The notes under the pieces: model-generated | Databases searched by the model: none | What the model was told of the DNA's origin: nothing | The model's input: the letters and a program-made list of their open reading frames with translations, nothing else | Source: Trichosphaerium sp. ATCC 40318 | Lineage: Eukaryota > Protista > Tubulinea | NCBI GenBank assembly: GCA_038496445.1 | Contig: JALMLS010000215.1 | Span: forward strand, 124,001 to 188,000 | Length of the DNA: 64,000 nucleotides | Reading direction: 5' to 3' | Shown here: positions 50,271-62,100 of the stretch, piece after piece | Layout: the number at the start of each line of letters is the position of its first letter | How positions within the stretch are numbered: the first letter of the stretch is position 1 | Translations under genes and position numbers: made by a program

Positions 50271-51077
50271 ATGACAACACACGAGGTAACGTGCTCGTTA
50301 TAATAACCTCTATAAATTAACGAAACAACGGTATAATAGATAATACCCATTCAAGAAGACCATCTTTGCTTGTTAAACATCCCTGTTGAGCTACATTATT
50401 GTATCACCGATTTAGACTATGAGGTGTATCTAAAGTGGCCACTGTTATCAAAATACAGCGCCACAACAACACGATTTAATGACGACCTTAGAAAAAGTGG
50501 GAACTGGTTGAAAAAAAGAAAGAAGTTTTCTGATCATCCAAGCAGCATAAGCAAAATAAGTCAAGATTTTGTCAATGGTTCAAAAGAAGGAGAGTTCAAG
50601 AGTTGGTATAATAACGGTCAGGTTTCCCATCAAGGTACCTACTCTAACGACAATAAGCAAGGTGAATACAAGTCCTGGTATAGCAATGGTCAATTATGGA
50701 TACTTTGTCACTATGTCAATGATAGATACGAAGGAACATGCAAGGAATGGTATTCAAGTGGCGTATTGAGTTCAGTCAGAAACTACATTGATGGTAACCG
50801 AGAAGGAGAGTGCAAGTGGTGGCACTCAAATAGTCAATTATGGCAGCAACGTAATTATGACAATGGTCAACAAGAGGGAGAGTATAAGGAGTGGTATAGA
50901 AATGGACAATTAAAGATTCATTGCAGTTTTTCTAAAAGCCAATTACAAGGAGAGTATAAAAAGTGGTACAAAAATGGTCATTTAGACGAGCACTCTCACT
51001 ACGTTAAGGGTAGTAGAAAAGGAGAATACACTAGACGGGATAACAAAGGCCAAATTATGACACGCTGCCATTGGTAA
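50271..51077 (+). CDS. F-box-like + MORN-variant repeat protein (one intron, 50286-50339)
   Basis: MTTHE|IIPIQ..LLNIPVELHYCI; about seven 24-aa repeats of the form GEYKxWYxNGQL. Confidence 0.8.
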
Positions 51078-51261
51078 CAGTCCCAAGGTATTATTCTCCT
51101 TAAAGTTTTAAAACACAACCTTTGTGATGTGAAGTTACTTGAATAAAACCCATATCACCAACTTTCACAATAGCTATTGTTTCGCCCATACATGATGCTA
51201 ACATAAACAACAAAGCCAGTACTGTCAATCCTTTATTTGGATAAGATGCAGATTTTGCAAG

Positions 51262-53509
51262 TTAAAAATATTTGCGCTTATAAAATTTGGAGAACATTTC
51301 ACTTGTGTACTTGCTCCCATAGTCACCTCCATCCACCTAATAGCACATTATACAACACCCAGATAGTTTACTTATTAAATACGTACTGCGGTACCATGTA
51401 ATTGAGGGAAACGACCAACACCATCACTAGGATCAGTATCTTTAATGCAACCTAACAACAATAAAAAAAAAACTCCAGAAGCTCCATGCGATTGACGTTT
51501 GTACCTCCTTTCCCGTCAGGTCCAAAATGAATACCATCAGGTTCCATGTACTTGCATGAATAAAAACCTTGTTCTAGATAAGCGACCGAGAGTGATAACT
51601 AATAAATACTGACCCCCTTCACTACCACATGCTTTTGTATAATTCGCACTTGAACAAGGATTTCCATTACAACTACCCAGCAATGGTGCACAATCATCTA
51701 ACGCCGTTAGTATACTTACAATTAGTGTCGCTAATTTTACATGCCTGGTTGAGCCCAAGCGCCATGGTATACCCACCTCTCAACGTAAGAAGAGTAAGCG
51801 GGATAGTTCCAAGTAGTTTCAATATCAGAAATTAAATTCATTATCAGCGCTGCAGCTTTCCATGGCTTTTAAATATAAATAAGTATTCCTTTAGTGAGAT
51901 CTTTAATACGTACTTGTGAGTTACAACAGAATTGATAAAAAGAAGTTGGATATGCACCACCATCAATTAGTCTGTAAGGGTCAGCGCAAATCCTACTAAA
52001 AAATGAGTTACATGAAACGTGATTTGCACTACTGAGCCCATTGATGCATGTTCATCAACGTGCCTGTTACCGTCTCCTGTTGCTGAAACCTTCCAATACT
52101 CTTCCTCTGAACAACCTACTTCCAATCCCCATAAGCCTACTTGATTATTGGCAGTCCCAAAGTAACACTCCTGACTACCAGTTAGTGTCTAACAAAAAAC
52201 AGCAACAAAACGTACTGCATCTTCTTGAAATACGTTTAACTTCTGTCCGACATTGCTAGATATTAAGGACTTCAATTCTGTATCATGTAGGAGCCATGCT
52301 GTAATCGCCAAAGGAAGTTTCCTTCCTTCATCGTGACCACCATTGGCTGGCCACTGCACAAAAAAAAGTAAGCAAAATTGACATATATTCTTAGACAGCA
52401 CCAACCTTCATTCCGTTTCGAAGCATTGAAGCAAAATCAATTCCTGCTTGTAGATACCTCACTAATCCACATAGACCAATGGATGACGATAAAACGTCAG
52501 ACTCCATTATACGTATACCAGCTTGTCCAGTAGCAACAGCGATATCAGCGCCCTAGAAGAACAAATAAGTGAAGAAACGTTAAAGCTAATATCACGAACG
52601 TATGCTGGCATGTTTTGGATAGGATGCATCTTACGCCCTTGGCTATTATAATGTTAAGTTCTTCATATTCTTATAAGTACAAGTCACGTACTAGTTTGTC
52701 CTGTGATCCAACTGAACCTTCTCAAACTGGTTTGCAACATAAGATAAATCGAGAGGGTTTGAAATGCCAGAAGAATCAAGTTTAAGCAACAAACTGGCGT
52801 CAACAGACGTTGTACTGATTTGTTTCTTATCTTTACCAAAGTAACCGGGTCTAAACGAAAGAGATCCATTGTTTGGGGGAATTGTCTTCACGACCGTTAA
52901 CACTGCGAAAGAGTTTGTTTCGTTTCATTACAGTTTTACTTAGTGCTAACCTGTTGCGACTTCAAGACAAGGCCTGCACTCCCCTGGGGCTACACTCACT
53001 GTTTTTACAACGGATGAATCACCTAGAGGTGTTAGTACGTTAAATCGTTCTTCATACTTACCCTCAACTCTCAACGGTAGTTTTGGCACAAGGGACGCGT
53101 TAAAAGTTGTAATACGACTATCAAATCCGTTCTGGAAGATTGAGCTCGGGTTTACTTCAAAACCATTTGCTGTCCCTTTTAGAAAATTAATCACGTGATA
53201 TGAAAAGTTTTTTGAAAAAAAGGAGCGAAATGACTTGCCAGTGAAGTCTGGGGTTATTTGGGTGATAGTGACAGGTCCAAGGACCCAGAAGTCGCCGTTT
53301 GCGTACTGGCCAACTGTGTACACGGTGTCAAAGACAAAAGTCATATTGTACTGCGTCACAGAGCGCAACCTTTGCGGTTGTGATAATCCCGGGCACTTTT
53401 ATTATTAAAAGTTAGTACGGCGAGTTAATTAATATGCATAGTGTACTTGAAGGTTTACTGCTGCACAAACTGCAACAACAAGAGTATAAAGCAATACAGT
53501 TGTTTTCAT
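51262..53509 (-). CDS. Secreted uncharacterised protein of bacterial-type family, multi-exon
   Basis: Signal peptide MKTTVLLYTLVVAVCAA; SVTQYNMTFVFD..VGQYANGDFWVLGPVTI, FRPGYFG, WPANGGHDEGRKLP, ADPYRLIDGG. Confidence 0.75.
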
Positions 53510-53549
53510 TGGAACTTTCTCTTGAAAAAAAAAAAATTTAGTGCTTACT

Positions 53550-53707
53550 ATTGTCCGTTTTAGTCAAGTTAGTCAACTAGGTATTTCGCCAGTAATTGTT
53601 CGCTCTGGAAGCACTTTATTCGTGTTGTAGTACGACCATTGGAGCGCTTTGTACGAGAAAAATAACTGACGAAATAACTAGTTGACTGACTTGACTGAAA
53701 GGACAAT
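53550..53707 (+). other. 158-nt imperfect fold-back hairpin
   Basis: ATTGTCCGTTTTAGTCAAGTTAGTCAACTAGGTATTTCGCCAGT pairs with ACTGACGAAATAACTAGTTGACTGACTTGACTGAAAGGACAAT, and inner helices continue to a 4-nt loop. Confidence 0.85.
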
Positions 53708-53986
53708 AAACGACTTGAAACCGTTGTTTTCTAAACACCAGTAGATAGCTTTTTTGCACTTTTGGTAAAGAATTTGAACAATTTGAACTGTAATGTTCAC
53801 AAGAATGGACCAAACAAAACGCACACGTGCGGTGTGATTGAATGAGATTGACTACAGCTATTCATCCATCCACAACAAAATATTAATAAATAAACAGACG
53901 ATCGAATAACACGTGACAGGTTCGTTTTTGCTTTTTGAGTGTTTACAAAAAGAAACTAACCTTCAAAACTGTTCAAGAGTGATTAA

Positions 53987-55447
53987 ATGGAAGAAAAAGA
54001 TAAATCCGCCCTTGCTACGCTGCCAATTGAAGCAATAGTACATATACTCAAACAAGGGACGTATACACTTCGTTCAGCACAGACATGCCATCTTTTGCGA
54101 GATATTGTCAACACCCACATTGGATATGGTCGTATCTTAGTTAAAAGTGAAAAAGAGATTCATATGCTTTCTGGGAGCCCATTACTCAAGAATACAAATA
54201 TTGACTTGGAGTATTACAAACCACAAACAAATGAGTACTGTATCAAAGCATTAGCAGGTGTACATACAATCAACTTGAATTTCAAAACAGTAACAAACAA
54301 GGGTATTGCAGCATTGGCAGGTGTACACAAAATTAGCTTGGCAACTACCAATGTGACAGATGAAGGTTTAAGGTCATTGGCAGGTGTACACACTATTGAT
54401 TTAAATTCTTGTAAATTCATAACAGACGAAGGTGTTATGGCTTTAACAGGTGTACATGAGATTAACTTGACAAATACAAAGGTAACAGATAATGGATTGA
54501 AGGCACTGGCAGGTGTACACACTATTGTCTTGAATGATTGTTATTCAATAACAGACGAGGGAATTAAGGCATTGGCAGGTGTACATCACATTGATTTATT
54601 GGGTACGAAAGTAACAGATGAAGGTCTCAAGGCGTTGGCAGGTGTACACACTATCGACCTATGCTATTGTAGATCAATAACAGATAACGGTGTAAAAGCT
54701 TTGGCAGGTGTACATAATATTGGGTTAACAAGTACAAATGTAACAGATGAAGTTTTGAAGGCTTTGGCAGGTGTACACACAATTAATTTGCAGCAATGTG
54801 CAATAGCAGGTTCAGGTATCAAAGCATTGGTAGGTGTACATGAAATTGACTTGTCACAAACAAATGTAACAGATGATGTTTTGAAGGCGTTGGTAGGCGT
54901 ACACACAATTGACCTATGCTATTGTAGATCAATAACAGATGATGGTATAAAAGCTTTGGCAGGTGTACACACAATCTATTTGAAGCAATGCAAATCAATA
55001 ACAGATTCAGGTATCAAAGCGTTGGCAGGTGTACATGAAATTGACTTATCAGAGACAAATGTAACAGATGAAGGTTTGAAGGCGTTGGTAGGCGTACACA
55101 CTATCAACTTGTACTATTGTGAATCAATAACAGACAACGGTGTAAAAGCTTTGGCAGGTGTACACACTATTGATTTAAATTTTTGTAAATCAATAACAGA
55201 TGAAGGTGTTATGGCTTTAGCAGGTGTACATGAGATTAACTTGACACGTACAAAGGTAACAGACGATGGATTGAAGGCACTGGCAGGTGTACATACTATT
55301 ACACTGTGTAGTTGTAGATCAATAACATATGAGGGTATAACAGCATTGGCAGGTGTACATACTATCAACTTTCGTAACATGCAACATATAGCAGATGATA
55401 ACCGTCTCCAAGCATTGGCAGGAGTAGTAAGGATAAACAGATACTAG
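53987..55447 (+). CDS. Intronless F-box-like + LRR protein with 18 LAGVH repeats of 21/22 aa
   Basis: LATLPIEAIVHIL..QTCHLLR; 18 GVHxIxL units. Confidence 0.9.
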   Translation: MEEKDKSALATLPIEAIVHILKQGTYTLRSAQTCHLLRDIVNTHIGYGRILVKSEKEIHMLSGSPLLKNTNIDLEYYKPQTNEYCIKALAGVHTINLNFKTVTNKGIAALAGVHKISLATTNVTDEGLRSLAGVHTIDLNSCKFITDEGVMALTGVHEINLTNTKVTDNGLKALAGVHTIVLNDCYSITDEGIKALAGVHHIDLLGTKVTDEGLKALAGVHTIDLCYCRSITDNGVKALAGVHNIGLTSTNVTDEVLKALAGVHTINLQQCAIAGSGIKALVGVHEIDLSQTNVTDDVLKALVGVHTIDLCYCRSITDDGIKALAGVHTIYLKQCKSITDSGIKALAGVHEIDLSETNVTDEGLKALVGVHTINLYYCESITDNGVKALAGVHTIDLNFCKSITDEGVMALAGVHEINLTRTKVTDDGLKALAGVHTITLCSCRSITYEGITALAGVHTINFRNMQHIADDNRLQALAGVVRINRY

Positions 55448-56484
55448 TTTCTCATTATTCAGAAATGAAACGAAAGCGCTATGACAAAAGTAACACTGGA
55501 ACAAACTTTAGAATCACAAGTACTGTAACTAAATCAAAGAATTGTTACCATCTTGGTAATAATAAATACTATTTTCTTTCTATTCCCACAGTGGGTAATT
55601 AGATAAACCCAAAATTGTATTTACAATACTATTCCTACTGTGTTGTTCACTAAAGCAACTGTTTTAAATAAGTAATAACACCATCGTTTTTGGATCAAGC
55701 CAGTAATGCACTCTAAGAACAAAAATAATCACGTGCCGATTGGTTGCTATTTGTTTCGCACAAGGCGTAAATATGAGCCGTATCAGGACATCTAAAAGAG
55801 AGCAGTGATGTCCGAGAAGGACTACATACAGCTAAAGAAGAAATAGTTGGCCCTGTTTCCTCTTTCAACCCAAATGTGGTTTATTATTTTTGATGGTTAT
55901 CACGTGCATGGTTGGACGTATGCACAATCGTACTGACGACTTATATTTGCAGAAGGGTTAAAGTTTGGCGTTTTCACATGCACGTGGCCATACCTTTCGA
56001 ATTCAGAGTAAATCATCAATAAGAACGACACTTGTACAATTGATAATATACAAAGTAAGCGCCAAAAACAGAAGCGATTGTATTGCCATCTACACAAGTG
56101 ATGGAAAGGGTAAATACAACATCATACTTTTGTGCATTCGATGCTCACTATTGAAGGGTTGGCTTTGTTTACGACTTTGCTTGATACCAAATCAATGGTG
56201 TGCTTGCGTTCGCTAGAACCTAGACGCCTAAAACACCATAGCAAAAAACCTCACAATTACAATGACATATTGTCCGTGTCATTCAAGTTTGCAACAGGTT
56301 GGTAGAAGTATCAAGTGTAAGACCTCGCAAGAACTAATAAGATCTAAGAACCAACAGAAGTTGCAAGATCTGTCAGATCTCTAAACACGAAAACCAAAAG
56401 TCACAAACAGCAAAAAAGTTGCAAAGTTTTGCAAACTTGAATGATACGGACAGTACTTTTCACAGTCACGTGTTTTAGAAAATT

Positions 56485-58470
56485 ATGAATAAAATGGACG
56501 CTCGTCTCTTTTATAAGAACTCTGTTGGTATGTCTGCACCTCCCGGGAGGAGTTCGTGCACGTGGTACCCGAAGTTCCCTTTCTACGTATGTCTGAAATC
56601 TCTAAATCATCGGAAAGCTCCGATCGTCCTACAGACGCAGCTTCATAACTTATTGTATGCGGTGAGTGTCTTTTTAAACAATAGTATCAAACTACAGCTA
56701 TTTCAAACTAGTCCGTTCAATGCAAACCAACTATGATGTGATAAAGTCTAGATTTGTAAGAAATGTGCACATCAAATATCAAAAACCAGGTTTGAATTAC
56801 TTTGACAATTTTGAAGATAAACGGTTTTTTTTTTTAGGACAGCTCAAATATCGTAACTACGTTATGTGGAGGGCGCTAGTACTATGCACGGATACAGTAT
56901 TTAACGTTTTAAATAACACCAATACAATAGTTTTAATGCCGTTATTGGTGACATGGAGCTACAACCAAATGTACTGGGACAAGCTGGATAAATTCCAAGT
57001 CATCTCAGACAGTAACAATAATTAATACTCTTTCACTGAGTTGCCGTCTAACGTATTGTTAGTCACGTTAACACCTATACGCGCATCAAAGCGGTTAGAG
57101 CAAGAAAAGTCCGTTTTGGTAATTAATTTGGATAACAATACGTCGTTACAGTTCACGTGCGTAAAGCACTCCGTTTTTAAACCAGATGCGAAGGTATTTT
57201 TTCGGGCGAAGTCGTTTTTTGATTATTAATGTACTCTGATAGATTGCTGTTCATAATGGAGTTAATATCACATATATGAATATACCTTCTAATACATACA
57301 AAGCAGTTGGAGAAAACCATAAGCATCTAAGGGTCACAACGCATGATGACGGTTCATTTTCGGGGTTTTTTATTTCGGACGAAGACGAGTGGATTCAATT
57401 CGATTCTGTGGCTAGGCACGTGCCATCAAACATAACTTTGTTTTTTATCTAACTGCTATGAATTCACATAGACACACTCAATTTATGAAACCTCATCACC
57501 TATCAAGCATTGGTAAAGGCAGTCATCTACTACTATGGTACGACAACAAAGTCTTAAAGTGAAAAAAACAAAATTACGCTAAATGGACCTTAAGGTCAGC
57601 AGTGAAGTCCGATGCCTCTAAAAAAGAATTTCCAAGCGGAAACACACTACCTTTTTCGCCACCACAACCACCTTGTCCTTCATCATTACACAAATACACT
57701 ACGGTACCATCAACTGATTACATGCTTTTTTTACACCAACGTTTAGACAATTGCGGCAAGTGTAGGTTTCTACAATTCAATCGGAAGAAGTATCAAACAA
57801 ACGATCAATTTTATGGCAGCTGGTACACTAACTTTAATACTTACACAATCTTTTTAACATCTATCTATCTCAGCGATAATGGGAGTCAATATATTCTTCG
57901 AACAAGACATTGTAAGTTTGCCAAAAAAAAAAAAAACTTGCGTACTAACTTCAATGTTTCGTTTAGAATCTTCATGTTACTATAGACAATGCAATAGTCT
58001 ATACATCGTCTGGTACTCTCGCTTCATAGATATTATTTGCTCCTTATAACATAACTTTAACAGGGAGTGTAGTGTGGAACAGTAAAACAGATGAACCTCA
58101 GTGTAATTCTAGACTTGTATTAAACTTCAGAGATAATTGGCCCAAGGATGTACCTCAATGTTGTGGAATGTCTAATGGAGGAATATTATTCCATAACTGT
58201 ATATTAAATAATCCAGGTGTCTCATCAGGAGCAGTATGCAATGTAAGTACTTGGTACTAAAAAACATTCTCAAACTTTTTTTCTCCTCAGGATGATCTTC
58301 CTCAAAGTACAATACTAAGGCATCTTGATCCATATGAAACAAGACGTTATATTGGTCAACTGATTTCTCTATCTTTTGGAGTACCATTTGATACAAACGG
58401 AATCATGAGTGGTGTATCTCCAACCCGGTATGAACTCAACTTGATTTTGCTTTTTCTAATTTCAATAAAA
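56485..58470 (+). pseudogene. Degenerate ADAM/reprolysin-like gene
   Basis: Prodomain-like HSVFKPDAK..LRVTTHDDGSFSGFFISDEDEWIQF and a degenerate catalytic-like IGQLISLSFGVPFDTNGIMS; apparent in-frame stops and a frameshift; no HExxH. Confidence 0.4.
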
Positions 58471-58676
58471 AGGGACATTAGATACGATAGGTTTTCGCGA
58501 GTTAGTCAAACCGCAATGTGTCAAGCAATGGCTCCATTACTTGGAAGCACTTGTTTAAAAACTTATAGCTAACACAAAAAAAGAATGAACATTGTCAGTT
58601 TTTCACATTGCACCTAAATAAATTCTTTAACAGTTTCAAACTAATAAAGTCTTAAAAACGGTTATACTGAACTAGC

Positions 58677-58877
58677 ATGGGTGAGACCTTCATAAAGCAT
58701 GGTGAAAGTAAGGTATGTTATGAAAGTGGAAAACTTAAAGGACAATGCATATGGGTTGAGGATGCTGGTGATTGCAAACACTGGTATGAGAATGGACAAC
58801 TTAAGTCCCACTGCTTATGGATTGATGGTAAACAACCACGGACAAAAAACTTTTTGAAAGGGACTGTAAATCCATAA
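58677..58877 (+). pseudogene. Short MORN-variant repeat fragment
   Basis: HGESKVCYESGKLK..GDCKHWYENGQLKSHC. Confidence 0.6.
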
Positions 58878-59118
58878 ATATCACTAATTCATAACAATAT
58901 CAATTCTCTTTTTTTCTATTATTGTATAGTACAAGGGTTGTGAAGGGATGTTGTGAGGGGAGGTCTATTTACAGCACAAAAGTTGGAGGGAAAAAACAAA
59001 ACTTTTCACCTCAGCTCTTTTTTTTTGTTTCATGTTTTTTAAATCTGTTTTGTCGGTTTGTGAAAACACTCAGGCTCAAACCAGGACCACATGTAATGTA
59101 TAGGGGATACAAAACATA

Positions 59119-62100
59119 TTAATCTTCTTCTCTACGTCTTAATTTTGACCAAGAACGGCATACAACAGCATGAGGCGCCCACTTGTTAAAAAGTTCAACA
59201 TCCTCTTTGCTGATGTACATTGTGTTCGTTGCAGAAATATCAAGCAACTGAATGTTTGGTAGCTCCCTAACAAGCTTCAAGAGTCCAGTTGCAGTAACTA
59301 ATATAGTTGATAAGTAATCTATATAACAGTAGAAGACATCTAAGCGCGAAAAAGTCTGGAGCCGAAAAAAAGAAAAAGACTTGGGTTTTTTCCTTTCTCG
59401 TACTTTTTGAGCAATGTGCAACTACTATGATGCTAAGGTCAACATGACGCGGCATCAAATCGAAAATATCATCAGTTACACGGTCAGATCCATTAAGAAC
59501 AATAGAATGCATAGACACAAACTTTGACCATCGATCTTTCCACTTGTCTTTTAACATAATTTGAAAAGTCTTATTTGAGTATGTATTACCTGTTAAAAAA
59601 AATCACGTGTTAACAAAAAAATCACGTGAAAAACATGTGAGTTTGTGATGAAAAGTCTTAACTAGCTTTAAATAACACATACCACTCAATGCGATTCGTC
59701 GTAGATTAGTACACTTATTAACAATAGAGTTGATTGCTTTCTCTGTAATATGAATACATCCTTGAATTTGAAGTTCTTTAAGCTCTGGACATGCACCTAA
59801 GGAATCTAGTTAGTCTACTGTATACTACTGTCCTCAAAAAAGATTTAAAGCCATGATACCTAAGTTTATAGCTGAGACATCAGTTATATGCTGAAGTTGG
59901 TATAAATTTATTCGTTCAAGCTTCTCACTAACACCCTTAATGATGCCATTCAAGTTCTATCAAAAACAATTGTTTAGTATGAGGTAACATCGTACTACAT
60001 ACCGCATCATTGATGTTAAGACAACTCAAATCAATAGCCTTCAAGTTCTTACAATACGCAGCAATGTCCTAGAATAGCAAGTAAGTTAAGTAAGCTCTTC
60101 CAAAAAGAAAAAAGTAACAAAAAGGACAATAAAAGCAACGCACCAATGCAGCCTGATCAGTTATCTTAGAATGATCACGCATATCCAAAAACCGTCTCAA
60201 AGATAAATTATTTAACTTGGTGCATCCACGAACCTAAGAAAAATGAACATAAACACCTCAATCATCAAAAAAACAATTTAAAAATATGTTATACCAAAGT
60301 TCTTATGCCAGCATCACCAACATTAGGACAGTTCTCAAGGTCCAAAAACCTAAAACACGTATAAGTACGCATTCCAAGTAATAACATATGAATAGTAACG
60401 TACTCTAAGTCAGGGCAATAATTACCAAGCTTACCAAGAACCTTATCATCAATTGATTGACGATGAGATAAACTCAAACGTTTCAACTTTGGCATATGCT
60501 CAACCATCTAAACAAAAAAAGGGGTCACTATTGTCGCTTTGTACTATAGTAGGTAGTACCTGAAAAGCCCAATCTGAGTTAGGGAATACAACAGAATCTT
60601 TTACATGACGTAATCCTCCTTCAAAGGCAGCATCACAAGAGAAGTAAAAGCCCATTAGTCCAGGATTATTTTTACCAAGTTTAGTCAAACATTCAGTGTC
60701 AAAAGTAGCCTTGTCTCTATGTTTCAACAAAAAGTCAGTTTCGTGTCACGTGCGGATTTAATTAAATAGAAAGAAAGACGTACATTGCAATATTTGAAAG
60801 ATCAATGAACTGCTTATTCTTAATCTTGCTTATGATTGCAGGTGTCACGTGAAGACAATTTGATAAATCAATGAAAACCAATTCTCCACCGAATTCTTTC
60901 ACCAAAGTTACCAAGTCCTCAGTGGTAGCGTCTAAATAATATATGTTATTAAAAACAAGCGACAATCTGTGAGTAAGTTGTTATGACGTACGATTAAACA
61001 TGCCGAGGAATTGTAAACTAGGACAATTGAATGCAAGAGCAAGTAAGGATTGATTCCCAAGTTTTTTGCAACCTTTGAGGTTAATGTACATCAGTCTCGT
61101 CTTAAGGGTCTCTGCAAGATAGTTTATGCCCTGTAATGTACCGTGTTATTTAACACGTCATTAAAATATTTAATGTTTCACGTGCCTTATCAGTAATATT
61201 TGTGTTTGCAAGATCAAGGCTTGAAAAGTTAGGAAAGTCAAGTGTTAAGCTTCTCAAGACGTTGTCAGTCAATTCAGAGGCATTCCTTAACTCGCATTTC
61301 TCAAACTGGTTATCTTTGTTATAAATATTGTATACATTACCAAACTAAGCATGTTCTTTAGAAGAAAGAAGGAAAGTATTGAATAAAAAAAGTACAAAAA
61401 AAAAAAGTGAGAAAAAAAGATGCCTAGGTCAACAAACTGGTCAAGGATGGAACGTACGCCAGAGTATTGCTCGATAAATTGATTGAAGTTAAGCCTTACT
61501 GAGTTTGCGTTCCCTTAAGTTAACGTGGTAAGTCATTAAACATCATCGAGTCCTTGTGGTACCTTTTTGATCAAGCAAAAATTCCATAATATTTTTTAGG
61601 ACCTTGGAACGATTACATATAGATACAAGTGAAGCTAAGTCTCTATGACTGTCCCAGTGAAAGCATTTACCAAATAGATGGATTTCATTTGATGCATCAT
61701 CAGATAATAACTTGGTAGCTTTCGAAAATTTGACTACAAACCAAAGTCAAAAAAAAAAAGAGATAAAACAGAGGCAATGCTTTGTTCACTAGTGGTAATA
61801 TCGTAACATCAGAATACTGTGAGAAAGCAATTATTTTGAAATTCGCGATTTAATAAAAATATGAAAAAGCACGTGACACGCACGAGAAAAAAAGTTACAG
61901 AAATAAACAAAAAAAAAAATTACCTGAAACCCTTCCACGGAAAATAATATTAGCTATTGTCATCTTACTCTTTTCGAATGGAATCAATTCTATAACCCAA
62001 CATTAAACAATACCAAAAATCTCTACCGTACTTATTAGAATATATTTAGAGCAAGTTTTAGGGAACTGCTTTACAACAGTTCTCAGACTCTTGAGACGAA

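Noticed and set aside
54214-55380. Antisense ORFs over the LRR array (likewise over the 7TM, BTB and M14 genes)
   Set aside because: Shadow frames of real genes.
55900-56216. Overlapping short ORFs on both strands
   Set aside because: Non-ATG starts and no coherent gene model.
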